From the IMG/VR virus record IMGVR_UViG_3300010352_001202: a DNA stretch of 64,000 nt; one strand, given 5' to 3'. Below are positions 47,303 through 55,298 of the stretch, piece by piece; the first letter of the stretch is position 1; every line of letters starts with the position of its first letter. The DNA comes from a virus. Taxonomy: Duplodnaviria > Caudoviricetes. The position numbers were made by a program, and so were the translations under genes. Under the pieces are notes generated by a model. The model was not told the DNA's origin, made no database searches, and was given only the letters and a program-made list of their open reading frames with translations.

Positions 47303-47645
47303 GAAATATCAGTGCAGGACATGCTCGACAACAGGCGAAGAAAACTTTTATAAGACCGCAAGGTATCAATGCAAGGCTTGCTGGAATAAAAGAACAGCAC
47401 AAACAGGCAAGGATAAGATAAAAGATATCAAACTGGAATACGGTGGAAAATGTTCCAGGTGTGGGTATAATACTTGTTTAGATGCTTTAGAGTTTCACCA
47501 TACCGATCCATCGATTAAGGAGTTCCACTTAGGCGAACGACGCGGACTTAGGATTGATACCTTGCGCGCTGAACTAAACAAGTGTATACTTGTATGTAGG
47601 AACTGCCATACTGAACTTCATTTTGAAATGAAAGACAAGGACTAA
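47301..47645 (+). CDS. HNH homing endonuclease
   Basis: GGKCSRCGY, LEFHH, CILVCRNCH. Confidence 0.88.
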   Translation: MKYQCRTCSTTGEENFYKTARYQCKACWNKRTAQTGKDKIKDIKLEYGGKCSRCGYNTCLDALEFHHTDPSIKEFHLGERRGLRIDTLRAELNKCILVCRNCHTELHFEMKDKD

Positions 47646-47647
47646 AA

Positions 47648-47869
47648 ATGTTACTCAAGCGTCAAGAAATCATTGAGTTCGATCCTGCCAAGAAAGCACA
47701 TCGGGCTGCTGTTCATGCTTTCATGAGGCGCGGCGCGTGGTCGGATTCCCCGCTGCGGTTTGCCTACGATCCTTCCTTCGGCAGTGTTGCCGACCAGGTC
47801 CGTGCCAAGTTGCTTGATTGGTATGTATCGCGAGAAACCAAGCTACCCACACCGGAGAAACAAACATGA
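47648..47869 (+). CDS. hypothetical phage protein
   Basis: FDPAKKAHR...W...P.RF. Confidence 0.65.
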   Translation: MLLKRQEIIEFDPAKKAHRAAVHAFMRRGAWSDSPLRFAYDPSFGSVADQVRAKLLDWYVSRETKLPTPEKQT

Positions 47870-48027
47870 CCTTTCTGATCGGCCTTGTCATTTCAATCCT
47901 TGCTGCCTTCATTGGCTGGCTGGGCGTGCAGCGTACCGGCAACTACGAAAACGGCTGGGGCGCATTGCTCCTCTGGTCGATCCCGGTGTACCTGGTTGTC
48001 GCTGGCCTACTCTTCATGCTCCTATAA
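47866..48027 (+). CDS. small membrane protein
   Basis: Two TM segments; GGAG SD. Confidence 0.6.
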   Translation: MTFLIGLVISILAAFIGWLGVQRTGNYENGWGALLLWSIPVYLVVAGLLFMLL

Positions 48028-48034
48028 GAACACA

Positions 48035-48052
48035 GGGCCCTTAGCTCATGGT
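48035..48052 (+). pseudogene. 5' remnant of a tRNA gene
   Basis: GGGCCCT-TAGCTCA-TGGT is an acceptor 5' strand plus D-arm start with no matching 3' half. Confidence 0.5.
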
Positions 48053-48059
48053 GTGATAA

Positions 48060-48136
48060 GTGCCGGTAGCTCAGTCGGTTAGAGCGTCGACCTCATAAGT
48101 CGCGGGTCGTGGGTTCGAGCCCCACCCGGCGCACCA
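48060..48136 (+). tRNA. tRNA with CAU anticodon (elongator Met or Ile2)
   Basis: Acceptor GTGCCGG/CCGGCGC, loop CTCATAA, GTTCGAG T-loop, CCA; lacks initiator features. Confidence 0.9.
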
Positions 48137-48782
48137 TATCATATTCTTTTACCTTTGCCACAAGTTCTTCGTAGGTAATAGAGCTTTTGGTATGTTTTTT
48201 GGCATTCTCGCTGAAAAGCATAAGTTCACAGTTCAACGGATGTTTTATGTAATATGGATCATACCCATTTATGATAGCTTCGTTGACACTCACCCTGTGA
48301 TCTCTTGTCACACCACCTGGATTATCTTTACTCCTCATTCCGTGTTTCCGAATAAGAGTTCCATCAAAAAGATCTGGATAATCCGATAAAGTGAATGTAA
48401 ACCAAAATTTGGCGCGCCCCTCGTGACTATATAGTGTTTCGTGATTTTCGCATATTTTCTTTGCAGTCCGATCTCTCCAAGAATATCCACAATGTTTACA
48501 GACACATTTATATAGAGTGGAAAATGGTGCCTTAGGTGATTTTGGTTTAGGTACCGGTCCAGTTCTTATCTTTGAATAATCTTTCTTCGCATTCGTGTGC
48601 TTTGCACTGCAAGATCTGGAACAATAGAAATTGTGTTGTTTCCCCCATTCTATTTTTATACCACATCCACAACAGAATTTCGGATTAGCAGCATATTCGG
48701 CCATTCGTCTCTGGCGCATAACTTCTCCACCGAGTTTACCATTTTCCTTACTGGCATTGTTTGACCATTTGCGTTGCGACAT
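48093..48782 (-). CDS. putative HNH-type homing endonuclease with zinc fingers
   Basis: Likely start MSQRKW 4 nt after CTAAATA; YCSRSC, CKHCG, RDHRVS...HPLNCEL...ENAKK. Confidence 0.75.
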   Translation of the reverse strand: MSQRKWSNNASKENGKLGGEVMRQRRMAEYAANPKFCCGCGIKIEWGKQHNFYCSRSCSAKHTNAKKDYSKIRTGPVPKPKSPKAPFSTLYKCVCKHCGYSWRDRTAKKICENHETLYSHEGRAKFWFTFTLSDYPDLFDGTLIRKHGMRSKDNPGGVTRDHRVSVNEAIINGYDPYYIKHPLNCELMLFSENAKKHTKSSITYEELVAKVKEYDMVRRVGLEPTTRDL

Positions 48783-48842
48783 GCTATATTTAGTTCGTAA
48801 CGGTGTCGGCCTATTGTAATCCCGAACCAAACGAAAGACACT

Positions 48843-49226
48843 ATGAACCACGACGACTACATGGCACTCAAGCGCGGTAAGCTCACGCCCATGCGCGGCT
48901 TGCAGAGCATCATTACCGAGGTTGGTGCTGGCGTGTATGCCTACATGGTTATGCTTTCTAATGCGGGACGCGACCAGGAAGCAGGTTTCTACGGCGATAT
49001 TCGTGAGCGTGCATTCAGGATTCGTAGCGAGGTCTACGACAATCCTGTGCAGGAAAATCTTGACAAGTGTTCGGCTGATATGATGTGTATCTATCGCGAC
49101 TTGAATACTGCCTACATCTTCCTGCAAGCACACAAGCCCGATGAGGCTTGTCTCCTGCAATCGGTTACCAATACTGCTTGCGAGCTGGAGTATGACATCA
49201 AACACTTCCTGGATGCTGCAACATGA
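48843..49226 (+). CDS. hypothetical protein
   Basis: 127-aa ORF. Confidence 0.65.
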   Translation: MNHDDYMALKRGKLTPMRGLQSIITEVGAGVYAYMVMLSNAGRDQEAGFYGDIRERAFRIRSEVYDNPVQENLDKCSADMMCIYRDLNTAYIFLQAHKPDEACLLQSVTNTACELEYDIKHFLDAAT

Positions 49227-49438
49227 TCCACTTCGATTTCATTGTATCCGATGTTGAAGCAGAAGACATTATGGGTGCAATTCATGATCAAATCATCAAA
49301 TGCCATTCGGATCGAATCGAAGCGTGGGGGACCAGCGGGCACGAAGATCCTGCCAAGAAGGAATGGTTTACTGCCCGCGTCAAGTACCTCGAAGAGCTGA
49401 AGGCAAAAATGACAAATCGGAGGGTTAATGAAGGTTGA
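49223..49438 (+). CDS. hypothetical protein
   Basis: ATGA overlap. Confidence 0.6.
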   Translation: MIHFDFIVSDVEAEDIMGAIHDQIIKCHSDRIEAWGTSGHEDPAKKEWFTARVKYLEELKAKMTNRRVNEG

Positions 49439-49643
49439 TAAGAAAGATGCCAAAGTCGGTGATTGGAGAGTCGACATCATCGAATCCGAACGCGGGTGGG
49501 GTAGCAAGGTAGACGATAGCGTTTACTTCACTGATCGGACTGAAGCTGCTGCCTGGGTGAAAGAATACAACGACAAGTTCAATCCGCCCGTGCCAGCGCC
49601 GGATTGGTACATGATGGCAGTGGCACCTGTTCAAGTCAGGTAA
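49428..49643 (+). CDS. hypothetical phage protein
   Basis: ESERGWGSKVD...PDWY. Confidence 0.7.
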   Translation: MKVDKKDAKVGDWRVDIIESERGWGSKVDDSVYFTDRTEAAAWVKEYNDKFNPPVPAPDWYMMAVAPVQVR

Positions 49644-49793
49644 AGGTGGGTGGCGGATGCGAAAGTGAAGGCCGCCTACGGACAGTGGATACATCAGTGT
49701 GTGGGCTAGACCAGCTGGCGAATCCGCCGTGCTCTGTATCGTGACTGTCACTAATCCTTTGACATCTATATCCTGTTGTTGCATAGTAGAGCT

Positions 49794-50315
49794 ATGCGAC
49801 ACCTACTCCTATCTTTAGCTTTGATTCCTGCTGTTGTTACCCCTGCAGAAATCACCATGTGTTACCGCGACAAGGCTGCTGAATATAGGCAAACTCAGGA
49901 AAAATGCTTGGCCACGATGATCTACGGCGAAGCTCGAGGGGAGGCGTTTACGGGCAAGGTGGCAGTTGCCTACACTGCGCTGAATCGTGCTGTAAACCGG
50001 CCTTTATGCGATGTAATCCTGCAGCCTAAGCAGTACAGCATCTTTAATGGCAGCGCAGAGTGGCATGCTGCTGCAACAGACCCACTTGTGGAGCCTGCAC
50101 AAGAAAACAAAGCCGATGAAGAAGGATGGCAAGATTCGTTGCGTGCGGCCAAGTTGGTTATGGCAGGCGAAGTTAGTGACCCATCTAATGGTTCCACTCA
50201 TTATATTTCTGATCGCGTAATGAAACTAAAGAAATATAAGTATCCGAAATGGTCGCGAACATATGTGCAGGTTGCTAAAATAGGAGAGCATAGATTCTTC
50301 AAACAAAATATATAG
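49794..50315 (+). CDS. cell wall hydrolase (SleB/CwlJ, Hydrolase_2)
   Basis: CLATMIYGEARGE, VAVA...NR, QYS, GSTHY, IGEHRFF; signal peptide. Confidence 0.9.
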   Translation: MRHLLLSLALIPAVVTPAEITMCYRDKAAEYRQTQEKCLATMIYGEARGEAFTGKVAVAYTALNRAVNRPLCDVILQPKQYSIFNGSAEWHAAATDPLVEPAQENKADEEGWQDSLRAAKLVMAGEVSDPSNGSTHYISDRVMKLKKYKYPKWSRTYVQVAKIGEHRFFKQNI

Positions 50316-50317
50316 AT

Positions 50318-50977
50318 ATGGATTACAATCATCATTATACCAGACTAATAGAAAGAGCAAAAACACGGACTCCAGATCCTGCTATTCATTATGAAAAACA
50401 CCATATTATTCCGCGGTGTCTCAATGGTACAAATGATAAATCAAATCTAGTGAAACTAACACCCGAAGAGCACTATGTTGCACATCAACTATTGGTAAAA
50501 ATATTTCCAGGAAATCGCGGATTAGTTCATGCTGCCACCATGTTATGTGTCGATGGTTCGGGTCATAGATCAAATAATAAAATCTACGGATGGCTTAGAA
50601 AACTCGATGCTGAAACAAAAAGTAAATCGCAAAGGGGTAGAAAACTAGGACCAAATAAAAAGAAAGGCCGACCTGGTCATCCTTCGACCTTAAAGGGAAC
50701 AAAACGAGGCCATCCATGGAACTACGGATTAAAAACAGGACCGAACGGTAAGGCCGGAATAAGTACAGGACCAAATAAAAAGAAGGGTCGGCCCGGTGCT
50801 GCCTCTGCAAGGAAGGGAAAGAAATATGGTCATAATGCTAAACTCGGAAAACCAGATGGTCCACAAGAAAAGATTATATGCCCGTACTGTGGTAAGGAAG
50901 GCGGAAAAGGCGGAATGAAAAGATATCATTTTGTTAACTGTGAGTTCTACAAGCCTATTGACATCACAACGGTGTAA
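50318..50977 (+). CDS. HNH homing endonuclease with repeated basic tail
   Basis: EKHHIIPR...NLVKLTPEEHYVAH; GPNKKKGRPG twice; CPYCGK. Confidence 0.88.
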   Translation: MDYNHHYTRLIERAKTRTPDPAIHYEKHHIIPRCLNGTNDKSNLVKLTPEEHYVAHQLLVKIFPGNRGLVHAATMLCVDGSGHRSNNKIYGWLRKLDAETKSKSQRGRKLGPNKKKGRPGHPSTLKGTKRGHPWNYGLKTGPNGKAGISTGPNKKKGRPGAASARKGKKYGHNAKLGKPDGPQEKIICPYCGKEGGKGGMKRYHFVNCEFYKPIDITTV

Positions 50978-51068
50978 TCGTATACTAGCTACGCCGTGTG
51001 AAGGACAGTGCGAGCGGAGGCAATATCAATAAGACCTCCCCCGTTCTTGTCTCGGTAAATAGACGACT

Positions 51069-51351
51069 GCCCCGATGGTGAAATCAGGTAGACACAAGGG
51101 ACTTAGACAAATTTGAGTGCCTGGTTGGAAACAATCAGAGTAGAACCCGTCAAATTCGGTGAACGCTGTAAAATGCCAATACCGAGCCAAGCCCAAAAGG
51201 GAAGGTGTAGAGACTAGACGGCGGGAACCTAAAGCGAAAGCTATGGTTAAGGTATAGTCCAGACCACAAACAGAAATGGTAACGAAAGTTATAGTGGTAA
51301 GAAAATCCCTCGGCTTCGGCCATGCCGGTTCGATTCCGGCTCGGGGCACCA
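51069..51351 (+). tRNA. tRNA-Leu(UAA), intron-containing (exons 51069-51104 and 51302-51351)
   Basis: Acceptor GCCCCGA/TCGGGGC, spliced anticodon arm AGGGA-CTT|AAAA-TCCCT, long variable arm, CCA. Confidence 0.93.
51105..51301 (+). mobile_element. group I self-splicing intron (IC3-like), 197 nt, no ORF
   Basis: P1 ACUU/GAGU with U.G at the splice site; P3 CCGUC/GACGG; P4 UUCGGU/ACCGAG; P7 GACUA/UAGUC; terminal G. Confidence 0.92.
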
Positions 51352-51365
51352 AGGATACTGGAAAT

Positions 51366-51605
51366 ATGGCTAGCATGCAGATTGATGTTCCTGCTGAAGT
51401 GTATGGTAGGTGTGATTGGTTTGTTCCGCCGCGCATTGCAGCATGGCTGAAAGAACAATCTCTTGCGTATCATTTTACCGGAACTACTTCGTATGGTTCG
51501 GGTCAAGGATTGAAAGGGCACTATACGGTTGATCTCTCCAATCCAGACGATGCGACTGCATTCAAAATTCAGTTTCCGGATTGCAAGGTACATTATTTTG
51601 AATAG
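51366..51605 (+). CDS. small protein, C-terminal DAxxFKL family
   Basis: LSNPDDATAFKIQFP. Confidence 0.65.
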   Translation: MASMQIDVPAEVYGRCDWFVPPRIAAWLKEQSLAYHFTGTTSYGSGQGLKGHYTVDLSNPDDATAFKIQFPDCKVHYFE

Positions 51606-51611
51606 GTAATC

Positions 51612-51761
51612 ATGAATAATATCTGCTATGAGGAAATGAAGGCACTGTACTTCCAGTGGCTCCGTAGACCCGTCGGTACCGAATCTGATTTCTTCGAATT
51701 GCACGGATGGACCCGTGACGGATTCTTTGCCACAGGCAGAGCGTTGGAAGAGAATGTCTAA
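51612..51761 (+). CDS. small protein, GWTxxE(F/Y) family, not in ORF track
   Basis: YEEM...FFELHGWTRDGF. Confidence 0.55.
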   Translation: MNNICYEEMKALYFQWLRRPVGTESDFFELHGWTRDGFFATGRALEENV

Positions 51762-52005
51762 ATCCAAATCAAGACCGCAAAGAATAAAAATGGCTGTTGG
51801 CGTAAAAGTCAAGAGCCTTCATCCTTCTGGCGAGGAAGGTGTGGTTGTTGCTGTGTCTCCACATAATCCTAGAAACCCGATCAGCGAGCATGGCATGATT
51901 GAGTTCAAGGTTACCGGTCCTTGCAATAGCACTTACCTGAAAGTTGGCGACGATGAACATTATGTTGAGTACGAATGGGAAAAACATTTGAAGGTGATAG
52001 GATGA
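51754..52005 (+). CDS. small SH3-like protein
   Basis: VGVKVKSLHPSGEEGVVV. Confidence 0.55.
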   Translation: MSKSKSRPQRIKMAVGVKVKSLHPSGEEGVVVAVSPHNPRNPISEHGMIEFKVTGPCNSTYLKVGDDEHYVEYEWEKHLKVIG

Positions 52006-52238
52006 TACTAGATAAAGAAATCACAGAAGAGTTGTTCTATGACTTTTCTGTGTGGATGTGGAAATGTGACCTCAATGTAACAAGAGATGACATTGAGGAT
52101 TTCTTCCGTGAGAACGGAATCACGCGCCATGAAGCTGTAACCTCTGCCAATCATCACGGCATTGTTATTTCTGTTGTCACATTCGAAAACGATAGATCTT
52201 CTGGATGGGCTAGGTTCTGGAAGTGGATCTGGAAGTGA
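52002..52238 (+). CDS. hypothetical protein
   Basis: Packed ORF. Confidence 0.55.
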   Translation: MILDKEITEELFYDFSVWMWKCDLNVTRDDIEDFFRENGITRHEAVTSANHHGIVISVVTFENDRSSGWARFWKWIWK

Positions 52239-52438
52239 GCACACCACCTGTCCTGGATGAGACTTCATTCAAGTCAACCTACATTGCAACTTTTCTTGCG
52301 TCTTACATGGCTGGGCGTTATAATGATGACTGTATGAACGGACATCCGGGCAAACCGTACGAAAATCAGCCGATCGAAGATGCTGTTTTCAATGCCGAGT
52401 GTGCGTGGGATTCTTACAGAAAGATATACAATGTTTGA
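52235..52438 (+). CDS. hypothetical protein
   Basis: GTGA overlap. Confidence 0.6.
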   Translation: MSTPPVLDETSFKSTYIATFLASYMAGRYNDDCMNGHPGKPYENQPIEDAVFNAECAWDSYRKIYNV

Positions 52439-52640
52439 TTGGATTAAGAAACTATTCGGTCACGGCCATATCTATGCAGACTTTGTGTGCGAAGACGGAA
52501 CCATAGGTCATAGTAAGGCACCCTATATCGGCGACACAGATACCTTTGATCTCGATAAATATTCCGAGCATCTGAAGGCTGAGATTTAGCACAACCATGG
52601 TAAGCGTGTTACAACTATTTCGAATGTGAGACTTGTATGA
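52431..52640 (+). pseudogene. small ORF with one internal TAG (52587-52589)
   Basis: Frame continues 16 codons to a TGA overlapping the next ATG (ATGA). Confidence 0.5.
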
Positions 52641-53026
52641 AAATGTACATCCCCGAAATCAGTGACGAGATTCGCCTCCTATCCGATTGGACATTTGGTC
52701 TTGTCAACGAAACTCGCAATGCGACACTGATGGAGAAGATTGGTGACAACCGCAGTACACAGTATGCCTACAGGGATCCGTATACTACCGTTCCCTGCAC
52801 TATTCCGGCCGGTGCCGTATTGAAGATTGATCGCATCTATGTTCGCAAAGGCAAGGGCGATTTCAGTTCCATTACTTTCCTGTGGAAAGGTGAAAGTATA
52901 GATCCCAGGGTGGTACAGCGTGATCCACAATACTGGGGCGAAACCATAGTCAAGATTCCACGCAAGCCCGTCCGCTTTTGGGCCAAGCTGGATGATGTGA
53001 ACAATATAGAGTTCGAAAGAGCGTGA
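52637..53026 (+). CDS. hypothetical phage protein
   Basis: LKIDRIYVRKG...RFWAKLDDVN. Confidence 0.75.
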   Translation: MKMYIPEISDEIRLLSDWTFGLVNETRNATLMEKIGDNRSTQYAYRDPYTTVPCTIPAGAVLKIDRIYVRKGKGDFSSITFLWKGESIDPRVVQRDPQYWGETIVKIPRKPVRFWAKLDDVNNIEFERA

Positions 53027-53232
53027 CTGAAGACGATACCTTCCGCATCCTTGCACGACCTTCCTATGAGGAAATGATAGGTCTACACCGGGAATGGCAA
53101 ATCGGGTGGCGCAGAACTCATTCCAATAGCAGTACATATCCCTCAACACAGAATATTGTATTTGCAGAGCACTATGGATGGACGTGGCTGGAGTACCAAA
53201 AACAAATACAATACCATAGACTGCATCCATAG
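53023..53232 (+). CDS. small protein, GWTxxE(F/Y) family
   Basis: DDTFRILARPSYEEM...YGWTWLEY. Confidence 0.6.
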   Translation: MTEDDTFRILARPSYEEMIGLHREWQIGWRRTHSNSSTYPSTQNIVFAEHYGWTWLEYQKQIQYHRLHP

Positions 53233-53251
53233 GCACTGTTATACTAACCCC

Positions 53252-53695
53252 ATGGGCCAATATATCAGACATGCTGTAGTACCAATGGAAGAGATCGTTG
53301 AAAAGATCTTATTCTTTTGGGGTGCGCCGCGCCGTACCAAAGCTCTGTTATCAACTGGCCACGAGGTCGGCGTTGTCAGCCTCCGTATGCGGACATTTGG
53401 TAGGGCCGCATCAAGCAAGTCGGGTATCCACTGCAAAGCATGTGGGCTAAAGGCAACGCATTTTGCAATCGAAGGATTTACCGGCAGCCAGATTCCTTCT
53501 GTGCATGCTAATCTGTACGGCATGAAGCACAATGTGGAAGTGCTATTCACACAAGATCATGTCCTTCCTGTATCGCGCGGTGGTAAGGATAGCCTGAATA
53601 ACTCACAGGTAATGTGCCAACCCTGCAACAGCAGAAAGGGTTCGCGCAGCGATAGGAAGTTCAAGGCCGAAATGCGAGGAGAAAAGAAATGCTGA
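53252..53695 (+). CDS. HNH endonuclease family protein
   Basis: CKACG, TQDHVLPVSRGG, NSQVMCQPCNSRKG. Confidence 0.85.
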   Translation: MGQYIRHAVVPMEEIVEKILFFWGAPRRTKALLSTGHEVGVVSLRMRTFGRAASSKSGIHCKACGLKATHFAIEGFTGSQIPSVHANLYGMKHNVEVLFTQDHVLPVSRGGKDSLNNSQVMCQPCNSRKGSRSDRKFKAEMRGEKKC

Positions 53696-54024
53696 TGACA
53701 AAATACAAGTTCCTTACATTGCACGACGAGCGTGGCAATCATCTCGTTGTGACTCGGTTGGAGGACGGTGCGCAAAAGTATTTCTTCCTCGCCGGAGAAG
53801 ATAGGACGCAAGGCCTTACCGAATTTATGAAATCAATGACGGACGAGTTGATCGAGGGCTACTTCCCGAAGCCAGGAAAGCGTGGTGGCAGTCCGGTTGA
53901 CAATTGGGCCTTTCTCGGGCATAATCCCGGGAGACAGCTCGCAGAGCAGCGGGGAAGGTGCTACCCAATCTCCCGAAAGCAGACAAAAGATTTCCGAGGG
54001 TGTAAGAAAATATTATCAAAATAG
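53689..54024 (+). CDS. hypothetical protein, 3' end probably disrupted
   Basis: Composition changes abruptly near 53950-54000. Confidence 0.5.
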   Translation: MLMTKYKFLTLHDERGNHLVVTRLEDGAQKYFFLAGEDRTQGLTEFMKSMTDELIEGYFPKPGKRGGSPVDNWAFLGHNPGRQLAEQRGRCYPISRKQTKDFRGCKKILSK

Positions 54025-54373
54025 AACAGAAGATCAGAGACAAACCAATAGACAAAATAGATCAAAATCTGCAAAATTAGCAAATAGACAAAGAACTATA
54101 ACAGACGAAGAAAGATTAGCAGCATCTATTCGTGCTAAAAAACAACGACGAGAAGAAGACGAATCACAAAGACAAGCAAGAATAGATAAGCAAAAGAAGT
54201 CGAGAAAAGAAAGAACACAGGAACAAAAAGAAGAAACCAATAGGAAAAGAGCAGAATCGTTTCTAAAAAAGACACCCGAACAGATAGCAGAGACTAATAG
54301 AAAAAGAAACGAATCGCATAGGCTGAGACGGCTAAGAATAGCGGGAACAACTGATGATGGTACACCGCAATAA
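53951..54373 (+). pseudogene. orphan DNA-binding tail of a homing endonuclease (NUMOD3-like)
   Basis: GEGATQSPESRQKISE followed by basic repeats; no catalytic domain or credible start. Confidence 0.55.
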
Positions 54374-54379
54374 AAGTAC

Positions 54380-54933
54380 CGAAACGGGCGGATTGTAGAG
54401 AGTAGAAGAGCTTTCCAATCCGCAAGGAAGATCGACTCCAGTGGGATGGGCACTGTCGATTCTCTTCCTTGTGGCCCGTATTGTGCTGGCTGATTAAGAT
54501 CCTTGAGGATCTGAAGGTCACCAAGCCCTCTGGAGGGTGGGTACCGGATATGGACCCCGATAGATACTTCCATGGCATTAGAGTATAGTAAAAATAGAGT
54601 GAAGTAAAAATAAAGTGTGAAAGAAATCAATCTAACCCGAGTCGTCGGCCTGAGGAGATATATCCAAAGTACGCTAACTTTTCTAGATAGGGCCTAAAAA
54701 CCCGGCCACTTTCATCGTGCAGGCGTGGGCGCCACAAGGTGAAATGCACTTATATTTTAATTTTAGATTATAAATTGTGAATGAGTCTCGGAGAACACTG
54801 GAGAAAAGGTAGCGAGAGCTACTGAGTACATTGAAGGTGCTGAGGCGGAGAGTGTCGCTGGAAACGGTGATATCAATAAGTTCTATTGGAGCCTACCAAG
54901 TCTAGCACGGCTAGCGGGTGGGCTTTTCTCTTT
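54380..54933 (+). ncRNA. candidate large structured non-coding RNA
   Basis: About 550 nt without a + strand ORF; many nested stems, GNRA loops, terminator-like 3' end. Confidence 0.6.
54890..54933 (+). terminator. intrinsic terminator
   Basis: AGCCTACC..CTAGC-ACG-GCTAG..GGTGGGCT followed by TTTCTCTTT. Confidence 0.65.
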
Positions 54934-54946
54934 GTCCAAACTCTAT

Positions 54947-54974
54947 TTGACATTGCTGCTGCCCGCGCTATAAT
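54947..54974 (+). promoter_or_regulatory. consensus sigma70 promoter, leaderless spacing
   Basis: TTGACA-16-TATAAT, 6 nt before ATG 54981. Confidence 0.85.
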
Positions 54975-54980
54975 AAGCAC

Positions 54981-55298
54981 ATGGGACACAGAACAATAGT
55001 CATCTTCAACAACGACATTACCGATCAATGGGGCGAAGACCCGGAGCTTGGTAAGAAGATTCAGCGAGCATCGCCACATGCAATGGGTGGCAAGATGGCT
55101 GACTTCGGGACTGGTCGTGTAGTAGAATGCTGCCATGCAGATCAACAAACGCTGGCGGTGATTGATAGCACCAGTATGTTTCCGATTGTGCATTCTAGCT
55201 GGCACCGCGATCAAACCTGGCAGACACGCGATCTGGGACTGCTGAGATTGGCAGCCGAGAAAATGGGTTACAGACTTGTAAAGAAAGCAACAAAATGA
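54981..55298 (+). CDS. hypothetical protein
   Basis: Follows the consensus promoter. Confidence 0.7.
   Translation: MGHRTIVIFNNDITDQWGEDPELGKKIQRASPHAMGGKMADFGTGRVVECCHADQQTLAVIDSTSMFPIVHSSWHRDQTWQTRDLGLLRLAAEKMGYRLVKKATK

Noticed and set aside
48783-49205. N-terminal 141 codons of the 370-aa minus ORF
   Set aside because: Overlaps + strand gene 48843; a late box sits just before the internal ATG at 48782, the likely true start.
50647-50797. Direct repeat inside HNH gene 50318
   Set aside because: It encodes duplicated GPNKKKGRPG DNA-binding motifs, which is ordinary for homing endonuclease tails.
51026-51812. Minus-strand ORFs over the tRNA-Leu locus
   Set aside because: Explained by the tRNA, intron and + strand genes.
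54380-54933. tmRNA, RNase P RNA or group I/II intron identity for the structured region
   Set aside because: No tRNA-like ends, no GAGGAAAGUCC core, and no clear P7 or domain V; left unassigned.
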